From: the human T2T-CHM13v2.0 reference genome, Homo sapiens
DNA length: 64,000 nucleotides
NCBI RefSeq assembly: GCF_009914755.1
Contig: NC_060939.1
Strand: one strand, 5' to 3'
Part shown: one piece after another, positions 17,756 through 33,667 of the stretch
Position numbering within the stretch: position 1 is the stretch's first letter
Layout: the number at the start of each line of letters is the position of its first letter
Made by a program: the position numbers and the translations under genes
Notes under the pieces: generated by a model
The model's input: the letters and a program-made list of their open reading frames with translations, nothing else
Database searches by the model: none
What the model was told of the DNA's origin: nothing

Positions 17756-19294
17756 TAAATATTTTGTTCATTAAAATTTTTTTTCTTAATTTTGAGTTTT
17801 GAGAGTTCTTTATATATTCTGGGTACAAATATTTTCTCTGAGTATGTGGCTTGTCTTTTCTTACAGTGTCCTTCACAGAGGAGAAATTTTAATTTTGATG
17901 AAGTTTACTGATATTCAGTTGTATAATACATTTTGGGTTAATTTTTGCATATGGAGTGAGGAATGAGTGTAAGTTAACATTTTTGCATGCGGATATTCAG
18001 TTGTTCCAGCATCATTTGGTGATATGATTATCCTTTTTCCAATGTTGCCTTTGCACCTTTATCGTAAACTAATTGACTATATTTCTGAACTCTAGTTTGT
18101 TTCCTCATTCTGTGTGTCTCATTTTGTCGATACTACATTGTTTTGATCACTGTAGTTTTTGTATGTCTTAAAATTATTGTGTGATTCTTGCATATCCCCC
18201 CAAAATTGTTTTGCATTTTCTAGTTTTTTTTTTTTTACCTTTCCATAGAAATTTTAAACTTAGTTTATATCTACAAAATATCCTGTTGGGATTTTGATTG
18301 AAGTTGCATTGAGTCTATAGATCAATTTGGGGAGAATTGATGACTAACTTGAGTCTTACTACATGAACATGGAATGTCTCTTCATTATATGTTTAAAAAG
18401 TTTTATTTTATCACTATTTTAGAGTGTTAATGTACAGATTCTGTAGATGTTTTGTTAGGGTGAAAGCAATACTTCTTTGTTGTTGTTATGGTTGGAGCTA
18501 TTGAAAAGTAGTACTTTAAAAAGGATTTATTTTCCATTTGTTCATTATTGGTATATTGAAATATACTAGATCTTGCTAAACTCACTTATAAGTTATAGAA
18601 ACTTTTTTTTTGTAAATTCCTTGGGATTTTCTACATAGATCATCATGCCATCTGCAAATATTTCTCTCATTCAAATCTAAATGTCATTTATTTATTTTTC
18701 TTATACTGGCTACAGCTTTCAGTAAAATATTGAATCATGGGTGATAAGAGTGGACATCCTTGCTTTCTTCCCAGTTTCTGGGGAAACACCTAGTCTTTCA
18801 TCATTAAGTATGATGCTAGCTGTAGGTTTTTTTCTGCTTGCCTTTTTTCAGATTGAGGACGTCTCTTTTATTCCTAGGTTGCTGAGAGTTTTTATTATGA
18901 ATGTATGTTGAATTTTGTAAAATGCTTTTTTATTAGTAATTGATATGGTTATGTGATTTTTCTTGTTTCATCCGTTAATTATGATGAATTACACTGATTG
19001 CTTTTCAAATGTTGAATCAGCCTTGAATTCCTGGGGTAAACCTCACTTGGTCATAATGTTTTATTCCTTTAATATATTCTGGATCAATGTGCTTATATTT
19101 TGTTGAGGAGTCTTTGCATCTGTATTCCTAAGGTATATTGTCTATACCTCCTTGTCTTGTATAACTAAGTGACTTGGACCTTTTTGATGTCTATAAATGC
19201 TTACTTAATGATAGTTCCTTCAAATTGAGCGGTTACAGTACAGCTTACCTCTCCCTTAATTTTGGCTTGTTTTGTTTTTTGTTTTGGTTGAGTG

Positions 19295-19651
19295 GTATCT
19301 TAGTATGTTTGGGCTGCTATAACAAGGTACCTTAGACTGGGTAATGTATAAATAATGGAAATTTATTGCTCACCATTCTGGAGGCTGGGAAGTCCAAGAT
19401 CAAGGCACTAGAAGATTTGGTGTCTAGTGTGGGCCCATTTGTCACAGATAGTGTCTTCTTTGTGTCCTTACATGTTGGAAAGGGTAAATAAACTCACTCA
19501 GGCCTCTTTTATAAGGGTACTAACCTCATTCATGAGGGTGTAGTCCTTATGACCTACTTACCTCCCAAAGGCTCCACCTCTTAACATTATTACATTGGAG
19601 ATTAAATTTAACATATGATTGGGGGCAAGCAAAAACATTCAGACCATAGCA
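19295..19651 (-). mobile_element. MLT1A-like MaLR solo LTR
   Basis: gctgctataaca...ggaggctgggaagtccaagatcaagg...cattcagaccatagca. Confidence 0.75.
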
Positions 19652-19671
19652 GGTAAAATCAGAGCATTTCA

Positions 19672-19962
<291 letters not shown>

Positions 19963-22644
19963 TTATCAGCTGAAATGTTTTTGATTTTCCTTTTTTGTTG
20001 TCTTTATATGTGAAATAGGTTTGTATGGATAGCTTTATATGAAACTTGCCTCCTATTTTCTGTATTTTTTGAAATACTTTAAATTATCCTTGGTTAATGT
20101 GATATTCCATATGGAAGAGATCAGAGGTTTCAGTTGTTTCTAGAACTCTTACTTTCTTAGTTCTTTAGTTCTTTTCTTAGTTATTGATATTTATATATCA
20201 AGAGAATCACCACTTTATTCAAAAAATGTGCTGCAAATACATTCTCTAGTTTATGTGTTTTTCTATATAGTGTTTTATTTCTATGTGGCATTTAATGTTT
20301 TTTGTATTTACATTTCTCACGCTTATTTTGTTCTTTCTGATAAATTATTTATGAACATTTTCCCCAGTCTGAGATTGAAATATGTATATATGTACGTATA
20401 TATGTTTGTATTCCTACCTGCCATGGCCTATTCTAGATCTTAAATCTTAGATTTGTTTGGTGTTTATTTTGAAGTAGGACATGAGATAGGCTCCAACATG
20501 CATATGTACTCGGTCTGTTAATTTTGTGTGGATCAATATCTAGTGGACCTTTCTTTGTTTACATCACTTTGTGTTTCAAATTACACTCAGGTGCTTCAGA
20601 TAGTCTGTCAGTTTTTTCTCCTGAGTTCTCTCTGGGGGTCTCTGACCAGCTTCCACACAGATGGGCTGCTCTCTGTCTGGTGAAGGCTGTCACCTTGGAA
20701 TCATCCTGGGATTCCCTTTGCCACTTTCCTTTTTTCAATATTCTCAATTTCCTTTTTTTATTTCCTCATGGTGAGTGTTGAGGGTATTCAGTGGAGTTGA
20801 TGGTATGATACATGATTTTGGAAAGATAACGAAAAGCCAGACCATGAAGAACCTCATATGCCACGAGTTTTAGCTTCTTTTTAATGGTAGTGTAACTATT
20901 GAGAATATTTTATAGGTGAGTTATATTTGCTCTTATAGAGGATCCACTGTGGCTAAAATTTGTAGAATAGATGGAATAAAGGAAAATTAGGTAAAGCCTG
21001 TTGTAGTAATTCAGGAAAGATATAATAGTACATAGAAATAAGACAGCCATAGTGGGGGTGTCATTTTCACAGAGCTTGGGGTTAATTGGGCATGGGACAA
21101 AGGAAAGAAGGGTCAAGGATGGTACCCAGGCTTCTGAGTTTGGCTAGTAGACTGATCCTCAGAGTAGGAGTATCATGTTTAGAGTAGGCACTGAGTGTAA
21201 TTTTGGACATACAGTGTAAATGATTGCAATAGATCCTTTGCCCACATTCACCAAATGTTAACATTCTACTATGTTTACTTTATGATTTATCTGTCTCTCT
21301 GTCTTTATCTCTTTCACTTTGTGTGCACATGTGTGTGAGTGTGTGTATGTTTTCTGACCCATTTGAGAAGTTTGTGGACATGATGCTTTTCTAAATCTAA
21401 TTACTTCACTGAATGTTTCCTTGAAACAAGCCGTGATTGTCAAAATCAAGAAATTAACATTCAGTGTTGTTAGCTAATCTACAGACCTTATTCAGATTTT
21501 GCCAGTTGTCCCAATAGTGTTCTTTATGGGGAACAGAACTTCCAGATCTTGAATTGAAGTCAGTTATCATGTCTTTTTAATCTCATATAATCTGGAAGAG
21601 TTTTTCAGTCTATGATTGCTGGAAATTTGAATGGCTTTGGAATTATGTGTGTATATGTTGGGGGTGGTGTTGATATGGGAAACAGACTTGTGATTGTGGT
21701 CCTTAGACCACAGAGTATAAATTAGAATCAGGAATGCATCTGGGGAGATGGATTTTCTACTGTCTGTTGCTGGAAAGGTAGAAAACAGATCTTCTACTCA
21801 AGGATGACTGCATTGATTTGTTTTTTACCCGAGATGAATAATTTGGCTTTGATAATTTGGTTCAGGAACTAGGTGAGACTGATGCTTAGATATGTTTGTA
21901 TCCTTAAGTAGTATAGAGTTTACATGGCATATACATGACTATGTAAATTCTTCCTACCTGGAAACATACCAGTGAATAGAAAAGGATTGGAGTGTGGCCA
22001 AAAAAAATCGAGCTTCTTAAATCTATCTTGGACACACAGTGTTACTGTTAGGTGCTGGCCTCTGTTAAGCTCTCTTGGGAACTTATATATTCCTGTTCTC
22101 TGTAGTCACCTTGCTGATATTATGATTCCATATTTCTGACTATTTACATTCATTAACCATGTGTGTGCATGTGTGTCTGTTTTCTGTTTGCATATTGATA
22201 TAAATTATTTATAGTCTGTTTTTTAAAAGGGAAAGTAGCAGTATTCCTTGTCAATACTTAGTCCTCTGTGTTGAATTATACCTTTAATTGAAGAGTGGTA
22301 TAGGAGTATATGTTTCTTTGTGTCATGTATTGAGTATTGTCTTCATTTTCTGTTAAGCCCTCAGATGTGTAGACCAGAGATATGATCTCTCTGTATGCAG
22401 CTCTTCTCAGAGATTTATATCTACATGCAGTTGTGACTGACAGTTGTATTATTTGCTGCCACATTTCCAGTTGTGTGATTGAGTAGTGAACAGGCAGGCT
22501 TTGTCATTCAACTGGCGTGGATTTTATACAAGGCCAGTTGAATTTTATCTGAATTTGGGTAAATTGCTTATTATCTGAATTTGGGTAATTGCTTAACTTT
22601 TCAATATTCATTTTTCTCTTTCAAGTGGGGACAATATTGTCAAC

Positions 22645-22942
22645 TTTTTTTTTTTTTTTTTGAGATGGAGTCTTGCTCAGTCGCCTAGGCTGGAGTTCAG
22701 TAGCGCAATCTCGGCTCACTGCAAGCTCTGCCTCCTGGGTTCATGCCATTCTTCTGCCTCAGCCTCCCGATAGCTGGGACCACAGGCGCGTGCCACCACG
22801 CCTGGCTAATTTTTTTGTATTTTTAGTAGAGACGGGGTTTCACTGTGTTAGCCAGGATGGTCTCAATCTCCTGACCTCATGATCCGCCCGCCTTGGCCTC
22901 CCAAAGTGCTTGGATTACAGGTGTGAGCCACCATGCCCGGCC
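22645..22942 (-). mobile_element. AluY-type Alu
   Basis: Antisense Alu with TSD aatattgtcaacttttt. Confidence 0.9.
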
Positions 22943-23155
22943 AATATTGTCAACTTTTTATGACTTTCAGATTTAAATGAGATAATATTAAAATTTAGTT
23001 ATGGGATCTGGCACAAATTGAGAATGCGAAAACAGTAGTTGATATTATTTTACTTCCTGCCATCTGCTTGATTATTATAGGCTGTTCACCCTGAGAATTG
23101 AGACTGCCCTATTTTTTTATGTTCTCTCAAAAAATTTTTTAAATGTCTTCCACAA

Positions 23156-23283
23156 GATTTTGTCTCCACAGTTATCCATTTACTTGACAGCCTCTCAGCA
23201 TACGTTAGAGCAAAAGCCTTCCTGGTTCTTCTATATATTTTGATTTATAACCGTGAAATGTTGCTGTTCAATTGCCAAGCAAG
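23156..23283 (+). pseudogene. ULK4-derived orphan exon
   Basis: Translates DFVSTVIHLLDSLSAYVRAKAFLVLLYILIYNREMLLFNCQA(R), matching recalled ULK4 FVSTIIRLLDSPSTCIRAKAFLVLLYILIYNREMLLLSCQAR. Donor AG/gtaaga intact; native acceptor reads AA. Not in the ORF track. Confidence 0.88.
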
Positions 23284-23500
23284 GTAAGATTTTCTCTGAT
23301 GTTTTCTTCAGTAGCTTCAATTTAGTGCCTCTTGTATTAGTAGTTTTAGGGTATTTTTTGGCTTCTGTGTATCTGGTATATATTTTTTAAGAGTTTTTCC
23401 AGGGGCTTAATATTTCTTCTGTAATCTCAGTTTGGAAGTACTGAGGACCCCGAGAAGACCTCTGAAACTGTAGCAGGGTGAGAAATGCCTGGTGTGTCCT

Positions 23501-23866
23501 TGATATGATTTGGCTGTTTGTCCCCACCTGAATCTCACTTTGAATTATAATCCCCATAATCCCCATGTGTCAAGGGTGGGACCAAGTGAGGGTCATTGGA
23601 TCATGGGAGTGGTTTTCCGCATTCTGTTCTTGTGATTATGAGTGAGTCTCACCACATCTGATTTTTATAAGGAGCTGGCGTTTCCCCTGCTGGCATTCAC
23701 TCTATCCTGCCGGCTGTGAAGAAGGTGCCTGTTTTTCCTTTACCTTCTGCCGTCATTGTAAGTTTCCTGAGGCCTCCCCAGCAATGTGGATCAATTAAAC
23801 CTCTTTCCTTTATAAATTACCCAGTCTCAGATATGTCTTCATAGCAGTGTGAGAATGAGCTAATAC
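23501..23866 (+). mobile_element. THE1/MST MaLR solo LTR
   Basis: tgatatgatttggctg...ataaattacccagtctcag...ctaataca. Confidence 0.85.
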
Positions 23867-24422
23867 AGCCCTAGATCTGAGAACAGTCCAAAGCAGGGTG
23901 TTGAGAAGGTTCTGGTTTGTACCTTTGGGAGTCAATATTGGACCAGTGGTTTGGTTGTAATTTTGCTTATTGTAAGATTCTGGAATAAGTAGCTGAAGGC
24001 TCAGAAGGAGGAGCAGGGCAGGGGGCAAGAGTTTATGGACTGGTCCTAGGAAGGGCAGGTCTTTCTCCTGGCTTGTAACTCTTTCCTCTAAAAGGAGGAG
24101 CTATTCTAGATGCTCCTCAAGTTTTCTTCATGTTCTGGTGCTTTCTGATTAACATCTTCTGAACCATCTCATCCATGCTGTATTGAAGCCCAGAGAAGCC
24201 CTGGCAATTTGGTTTAATGCCTGTTTCTAGATCCAGATTTTTACTTGTTCTAGAGTACTGAGCAGAGCCTGGTATTGCTGAGATTGATCTAGATTAGGGG
24301 TTGACAATTTTTTTTTTTTCCTGGTAACAGTGAGAGGGTAGGCTTTGTAGGTCAAGAGGCAAAATTGGGCCTATTATATACCTTCCTATATAACAAACAA
24401 GGACACAAATTTCCATGTGTAC

Positions 24423-24714
24423 TTTTGGAGACAGGGTCTTACTCTGTTGCCCGGGCTGGAGTGCAGTGGTGTAATCACAGCTCACTGGAGCCTTGAGCCC
24501 CACACCAGGCTCAAGCGATCCTCTCGCCTCAGCTCCCAGAGTAGCTGGCACTACAGGTGCATATCATCATGCCCAGATAATTTTTAAAATATTTTGATGG
24601 AGACAGGGTCTCACTGTGTTGTCCATGCTGGTCTTGAACTCCTAGGCTTGAGTGATTCTCTTGCCTCAGCTTCCTAAAGTGCTAGGATTATAGGCATGAG
24701 CCACCATGCCCAGA
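24423..24714 (-). mobile_element. AluJ
   Basis: Diverged antisense Alu. Confidence 0.85.
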
Positions 24715-26574
24715 CCATGTTTTTTATTGACATAAAAATATACCAATCATAATTGAATGAAATTTTTCTTTTGTAATACAGGTCTGTTAATGAGAAGAGA
24801 ATTTTTTCAGGGGAAGGGGGAGATGACATTTTGCTTAATTGGGCATCAAAGTTAGTGTCTTTATCATTAAATCAATGGCAAATGTTCTCTTAGTGCTGAT
24901 TTTTAATGTGATTTAATGTGTTTTGTCTTTGAAAATGTCTTCACACAGGTAGATACTGCCAAATAACAATATCAACTCATGAGCATATGATTTTAATTGA
25001 GCATATTTGTCACTGGGAAGGCATTTGTAGAATTCTATTAGATTCTTCTCTTGATTTCTGTGTTTCAGGATGTCATTACATTATAGATCAATCACTTCCA
25101 ATTGAGGGGTGTGGAATTTCCTAACAAACCTCCTTGTTTCTCATCATTTAGGGATCACTATTTTTCCTTGTCCAGTGTCTTGAAGTTTGATGTTTCATGT
25201 ATTTTGTCTATTTTTTGGTTGTTTTAGATGGGAGGGCGAATCCTGTTTCTGTTAGTCTATTATGGCCAGAAGTGGAAGTCACTCTTGTCTATTTATTTTT
25301 AATGGCCTCACCACTGGCTTCGCTACCTCTGATCTGTCTTTGCATTTACTGTCATTTTTCACTAGAACAACTAATATTGTTTCTCAACAGTTCTACCATA
25401 TAGAGTTAGGGCAAGAAAAGAGAAAAAAAAGGAGAAAATAAAACAATAAAAGAGAAAGAACAAGTAAAAAACTTTTTCAATGGATGCTCCTACATCATTT
25501 CTTGTACTCACAGTCTGGTTTCTATATAGCAGCTTAGAGTACCTACATACCGTGAATCAGCTTTTGTTTCTTCCCTTCTCGGACTCCTCCAGTAACATGC
25601 AGTCACTCTGAAATAATACCCCTGCCCCTCACCATGTCCTGCCTGTCCTGCCTTGTCTAATTCTTGCCCTTGTGTTAGCCCTTGTCTTCTTTGGGCACAC
25701 TCCATTCCAGCCCCATGGCTTGCCTGTTGCTTTTTGAATGCACTAAGCCTGTTGTGCTCACCTCAGGGCTTTTCTTGGTTGCTGTTTCCTGTGCCTATGA
25801 TCTCTTCTTTCAGATGCTTGCATGGCTGGCTTCCTCAGATCATTCAAGTCTCTGTCCAAGGGTTACTTCTTCTGAGAGCCACCCTGATGACGTTATCTAA
25901 AATACCCGTAACCTCAACTTCAGAAACTCTTTAACTGGAAGCAACTAAACCACTTACACCTTCAGAGCTTGGGTATGACATATGTGATCCCTCCTCCCTG
26001 GAAATTGCTGTGACTTGTCTCTGAATGAATGTTTAGAAGCTGGAGCAGTGGTGGGAACGTGGTGGTTTGAAGGCATGCCCCTGACACTGACCTCCACTCT
26101 TCTCACTCTCTGGAGCAACACAACAAGCAGGGTGATTGTAGAGAGAGGGTCTGGCAGATGACCTTAGCCTTGCTGGGGAGGTAAGGTAGGCTCCATTTCT
26201 CCTGCACTGTGTGGCAGAGATGGTGCCCCTGTCCTTGGGTTCCTAAGCTCAGCATGAATAGTAGAACTTGGTGCTTCTGTAGGGTCTAAAATGCAGATGC
26301 TTTCTACATGTGGTGGTTTGGGCTTGCAGTCTTATTCCCAGGAGATCTTGAGCAGAACTGAAATGGTGGGCCAATCTGTCCCCGTCTGTAAGGTTCGAGA
26401 AAGACCACATCACCTTCCTGCCCTTGAAAAGAACAGCTCCCTCTTACTACCTGCTTCTTTGCCACACCTGTCCTGATTGGGTGCTGAGTAGCTTAAGAAG
26501 TCAGTAGGCAGAGATTTGTCCCAGCCCAGTTAGGGAAACATAGTACTTGAAAGAGAAAGAACAGGCACACCAGG

Positions 26575-26877
26575 CATTTTTTTTTTTTTTTTTTTTGAGA
26601 CCAAGTCTCACTGTGTGACCCAGGCTGGAGTACAGTGGCCTGATCTCGGCTCACTGCAACCTCTGCCTCCTGGGTTTGAGTGATTCTTCTGCTTCAGCCT
26701 CCTGAATAGCTGAGACTACAGCTGCTCACCACCACGCCCAGCTAATTTTTGTATTTTTAGTAGAGACAGGGTTTCACCATGTTGGCCAGGCTGGTCTCAA
26801 ACTCCTGACCTTGATGATCCGCCTGCCTTGACCTCCCAAAGTGCTGGGATTACAGGCATGAGCTGCCACACGCGGCC
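26575..26877 (-). mobile_element. AluS
   Basis: Antisense Alu; flanking caggcatttt/caggcatttc. Confidence 0.9.
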
Positions 26878-27849
26878 AGATCAGGCATTTCTTATGGAGG
26901 CAAAACAAATGGAAGAGACAGAAAAGAATTTTAACAAATATCGAAAACTCTATGGAGAAGGCAGTGGCTTTTTTGTTTGTTTGTTTGTTTGTTTGTTTGT
27001 TTGTTTCTGAAAGTCTAAAACTGAAGAGAATGGCCTCTGCTGGGGATAGCATTGGTGCTTTGAAAGGCAGTATGAAAGGGCACATTGAACCATTCAGAGC
27101 TGATGACAAAGACATGGAAACTTGAGAGGAAACAATAAGAAAGTACGAGTGGAGATCCAGGAGACCTCACATGCCAAGTGCTAAGAATTTTAGGAGGAGT
27201 AAAGAACAGATGGAGGAGGATTTCCAGTCGAGGAAATCATAGCGGTCATCTTCTGGTTGAACATGCTCTTTTCTGATACTGTACTCAAATGAGAATAAAA
27301 GAATTAAAAGACGTGAAACCACAAGGGCAGAAGCAAAGGGAAAGATGGCTAAAGCAGATGAATGTTGTTACCTTGTCTTTGTGTTTTGGAAGCTGAAAAT
27401 TACCACGGACTCCGTGATTTAAGGCAGTGCTTGTTTATTAATCTGACAGTTTCCATGGGTCAGGAGTCTGGGCTTGTTATAACTGAATCCTCTGCTCACA
27501 ACTCACATACTTGATGTCAAGGTGTTGGCTGGTGCTGAGATTCTCATTTGAGGCTTGAGGTTCTCTTCCAAGCTCGCTGATTCTTGACAGAATTCATTTT
27601 CTTGCAGTCTTTGACATCCTCACTTTCTTGCTGATATTTGGCTGGGGTTCACTCTCAGCTTCAGGAATCTGTCCTTTTTCTTCGTTGACAGTTTACTGCA
27701 TACCTGTTTACTTTCTCTTGGTGGCCAGCAAGATTGCTTCTCATGTCCTGAGAAGCAGGGACTCATTCCCCTCATGCTTCAAACATCTTTGACTTCCTTC
27801 CTCTGCCATCAGTCAGAGAAAATGAGTTTTAAATGTCTCACTTGATTAG

Positions 27850-28147
<298 letters not shown>

Positions 28148-28212
28148 GATAATCTATCTTAAGATTAATGGAATTGGGACTTTAATTATGTCTTCAAACT
28201 CACTTCCCAATA

Positions 28213-28882
<670 letters not shown>

Positions 28883-29582
28883 GCGGAAGTATCTAGATTG
28901 GTGTTTGAATGGCCAGGATGGTGGGGCTTTGGGGGCAGGGGGATCTTTAGCATTCTGCCAACCATCACAGTCCCCAGAATGGAGGGCTACACAGTTGTGG
29001 AAAGGCACAAGGAAGATGTCTGTACACAGCCATGGAGTCATCTACAAGACATTATTCTCCTGATAAGAGTCAGATGTAGAACAGTTATTCATAGCATACT
29101 ATTAATACCTTTTGTCTAAGAAAGGGGGTGAAAACAGAGAAGATATGTGCCTTTACTAATATTTTACAAAAGACAGAATGGAAAGTTAAATAAATTAAAA
29201 AGAGTGATAGTTTACAGGATTAGAAACAGAATAAGGAAGGTGCAGGGCCAGGAATGAGCTATGCTTCTCTGAATGTACCTGCTTTATGGTCTAGACTTAA
29301 GAACCAGGCAAATGTTTTATATAATGTTAAAAATAAAAATGATAAAAATAAAGTGGTCTTTAAAAATTGAAAGCAATCTGTGTGTCAAGTTTGTGGTATG
29401 ATTCCCCAGAGAAGAGATGTTTAAAGCGAATGCTTTTAAATTACAGTATTATGGCAGAATATTTCTATCATAATATATCTTAATCATAATATAATATATT
29501 TTAATCCCATTAAGAAACCTTAAACTGCATTCAGTGTTCTGGTTGTCAGTGTTAATATATGTATTGCCATTTGAAACTATTT

Positions 29583-30313
29583 TATATATATATATATATA
29601 TATATGGTGTGTGTTTCTGTGTGTGTGTGTATATATGCTCTCTATGGTGTGTGTGTATATATATGCTCTCTCTATATATGGTGTATGTGTGTGTGTATAT
29701 ATATATATGTGGCCTGTATGGTATATATATGTCTCTATGGTGTGTTTGTATATATATCTATATATATATATATGGTCTCTCTCTATATATGGTGAGAAAA
29801 CTAATAATCATGCTAATTCCAATAATAACCAGTATTAGTGTAAAATTAAATGTACAATTATAAAAATATAATTAAGTAAAATTCTCTCATCTTTAATTTG
29901 ACTCAAAAGTGTTAGGATAAACTCATTTATTTTTCTATCTTTTTAAGGAAATTATATATTTCATGTATATATATATATATGCTCTATGGTGTGTGTGTGT
30001 ATATATATGCTCTCTCTATATATGGTGTATGTGTGTGTGTGTATATATATATGTGGCCTCTATGGTATATATATGTCTCTCTGGTGTGTTTATATATATA
30101 TCTATATATCTATATGTATATGGTCTCTATATATATGGTGAAGAAACTAATAATTATGCTAACTCCAATAATAACCAATATTATTAGTGTAAAATTAAAT
30201 GTACAATTAGAAAAATATAATTAAGTAAAATTCTCTCTTCTTTAATTTGACTCAAAAGTGTTAGGATAAACTCATTTATTTTTCCATCTTTTTAAGGAAA
30301 TTATATATTTCAT
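29583..30313. repeat. Two-copy ~350-bp tandem duplication containing (TA)/(TG) microsatellite
   Basis: Block ...ttagtgtaaaattaaatgtacaatta...ggaaattatatatttcat ends at 29964 and again at 30313. Confidence 0.9.
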
Positions 30314-30324
30314 AGTTTTATCTA

Positions 30325-30658
30325 TGTGTATTAGTTTGCTTGGGCTGTCATAAGAGAGTACCACAGATCAGGCAACTTAAACAACATAAATTTATTTTCT
30401 CACAGTTCATCGGCTACAGATCCAAGATCAAGGTCCCGGCAGGTTTGGTTTCTGGTGAGGTCTTTCTTCTTGGCTTACATAGAGGGCTGTCTTCTGGATT
30501 AGACATCCCCCATATGACCTCATTTAGCCTTAATTACCCCCTTAAATCTCCAAATACAGCCCTATCTCCAAATACATACCTATCTTCAAATATAGTCACA
30601 TTGAGGATTAGGGCTTCAACATGTGAATTTTGAGGGGAACAGAATTCAGTTTATAACA
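30325..30658 (-). mobile_element. MLT1-type MaLR LTR
   Basis: tgtattagtttgct...tccaagatcaagg...aattcagtttataaca. Confidence 0.7.
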
Positions 30659-30889
30659 CTAAGAAGCTAGTATTCAAGTTTTAATTTCTAAGTACCATTT
30701 TCTACTCAAATCATGGTCTGTTGTATAAATAGGTTCCAAGTCTCTGGCACAGCTTTACATTTAGGCCAGAAATGAACAAATTGAGGCTGGGACATGTCTT
30801 TCCTGAAAGCAAGGAAGTTATCAGAGACTTCTAAGGTCATGTTAAAAAGAATGCAGGAGCCAATGTGAAGGAGCTTCTACTGGCCAAAA

Positions 30890-32775
30890 GTGGAATTTTG
30901 AGAGTTCTTTATATATTTTAGACATGAGCCCACTGTCAGATATATGGTTTGCAAATTTTTTCTCTCTGTGTGTAGCTTGTCATCTTTTCTTAACAGGATA
31001 TTTTACAGAACCAAAGTTTTGAATTTTAATGGGTTCACTTTATCAGTTTTTCCTTTGATGGTTTGTATTTTTGATGTCAAGTATAAGAACCCTGTCTAGA
31101 GTCCAAAGATTTTCTCTCTTGTTTTAAAAAATATTTTTTATGGTTATACACTTTTTTAAAAATTATACTTTAAGTTTTAGGGTACATGTGCACAACGTGC
31201 AGGTTTGTTACATATGTATACATGTGCCATGTTGGTGTGCTGCACCCATTAACTTGTCATTTAACATTAGGTATATCTCTTAATGCTATCCCTCCCCCCT
31301 CCCCCCACCCCACAACAGGCCCCGGTGTGTGATGTTCCCCTTCCTGTGTCCATGTGTTCTCATTGTTGAATTCCTACCTATGAGTGAGAATATGTGGTGT
31401 TTGGTTTTTTGTCCTTGCGATAGTTTGCTGAGAATGATGGTTTCCAGCTTCATCAATGTCCCTACAGAGGACATGAACTCATCATTTTTTATGGCTGCAT
31501 AGTATTCCATGGTTATATGTTTATATTTAAGTTTGTGATCCATTTTGAGTTAATTTCCATATAAAATATAAGGTTTAGTTAGAGGTTTTCTTTTGGTTTT
31601 GGTTTTTGCCTGTGGATATTTAATTGCTCTGGTGTTACTTGTTGAAAAGGCTATCTTTCCTGCGTTGAATTACTTTTGTGTCTTGTCAAAAATCATTTGG
31701 ACATACATGTGTGGGGCTACTTATGGGTTCTCTAAACTTTTCCATTGATCTGTGTGTCTGTCCCTTTATCAATACAACATTGTGTTGATTACTGTAATTA
31801 AGACTACTTGATCATAATAAGGCTTAATATTGGACAGAGTGAGTCCTCTCCTTTTATTCTTCTTTGTTAAGATTGTTTTAGCTGTTCTGGGACCTATATG
31901 CTTTTCCAGATAAGTTTTGGAATGAGCTTGTTCATATTTTCCAAAACCTTGCTGGGCTTGCATTAAACTAATGCATCAGTACAGGGATAGTTGATATATT
32001 TACTGTATGGTCTACTGATCCTTAAACGTGGTGTCTCCCTCCATTTATTTAGCTTTTTTAAAAACCTTCTTTCATTAGCATTCTATAATTTCATAATGTT
32101 TTGTTAAGTATATACCTAGTATTTCTTTTTGGAGGGGAGCAATTGTAAATGGTATTGCATCATTAATTTCAGTTTCCACATTTAACTGATGTGATTTTTG
32201 TGTTTCTTGATTTTATCTTCTACAACCTTACTAAACTCACTTATCAATTCTAGGTGTTTTTTGTTGTTGTTGTTTTTTGTTTTTGTTTTTGTTTTTTTTG
32301 CAGGTTCCAGGAGATTTTCTATATAGCCAATCATGTCATCTGTAAATGTGGACAGTTGTATTTTTTTCTCTCTTGTTTGTGTGCCCTTTATTTTTATTGC
32401 CTTATTTTAGTATCTAGAATTTCCAGTACTATGTTGAATAAGAGCAGTGAGAGCAGATGTTCTTGCTTTGTTTCTGGCCTTGTAGGGAAAGCATTTTTAG
32501 GCTTCCATGTTAAGGATAATGTTAACTCTAGATTTTTTGTAGATGTTCTTTATCAGTGGAGGAAGGTCACTCTGATTCCTATTCTTTATCTCCAATTTTC
32601 TTAGAGTTTTTTTTTCTTTCATCATGAATGGGTATTGGATTTTGTCAAATGCTTTTTCTCTATCAATTAATATGACATTATGATTTTTGTAGCTGTTGCT
32701 ATAATACATTGCATTAATTGTTTTTCAAATTCTACAGCATTTGCATACCTGGAGTAATCTCACGTGGTCATAGTG
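30890..32775 (-). mobile_element. Old L1M fragment with a nested L1PA 3' end (about 31160-31512)
   Basis: Antisense L1 motifs; L1PA peptide [14 protein letters not shown] and 3'UTR. Confidence 0.8.
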
Positions 32776-33329
32776 TGATAAAGATAAGAGATTAGGAAAA
32801 CTGCTGGGAGCAGTGGTTCACACCTGTAATCCCAGCACTTTGGGAGTTCAGGAGCTCCCAGCACTTGAGCTCAGGAGTTTGAGACCAGCCTGGGCAACAT
32901 GGTGAGACCTCATCTCTGCAAAAAATACAAAATTAGCTGGGCGTGGTTACATGCACCTGTGATCCCATCTACTTGGGAGTCTGAGGTGAGAGGACTGCTT
33001 GAGCCTGGGAGGCAGAGGGGTTGCAATGAGCTGAGGTCATCCAACTGTACTCCAGCCTGGGCAACAGAGCAAGACTCTGTCTCAAAAAAAAAAAAAAAGA
33101 TTAAGGATACTAAAATAAAAACATGAGTGTTTGGAGAGAAGACCAAATGGATAAACTGAATTGATATAGGAAAATAAGAGAATTCTGTAAGGTAGCTGAA
33201 AAAGCTGGCATTTTATACACTGAAGTCATAATTGCTGTCTTTTAGAAGTTAGAGATAATAAGAATTTGAGTTTAGAGTCAAAAGGGTCAGTCTCCATCAA
33301 ATACTAATATCCTAATCAAATAATTACTT

Positions 33330-33667
<338 letters not shown>

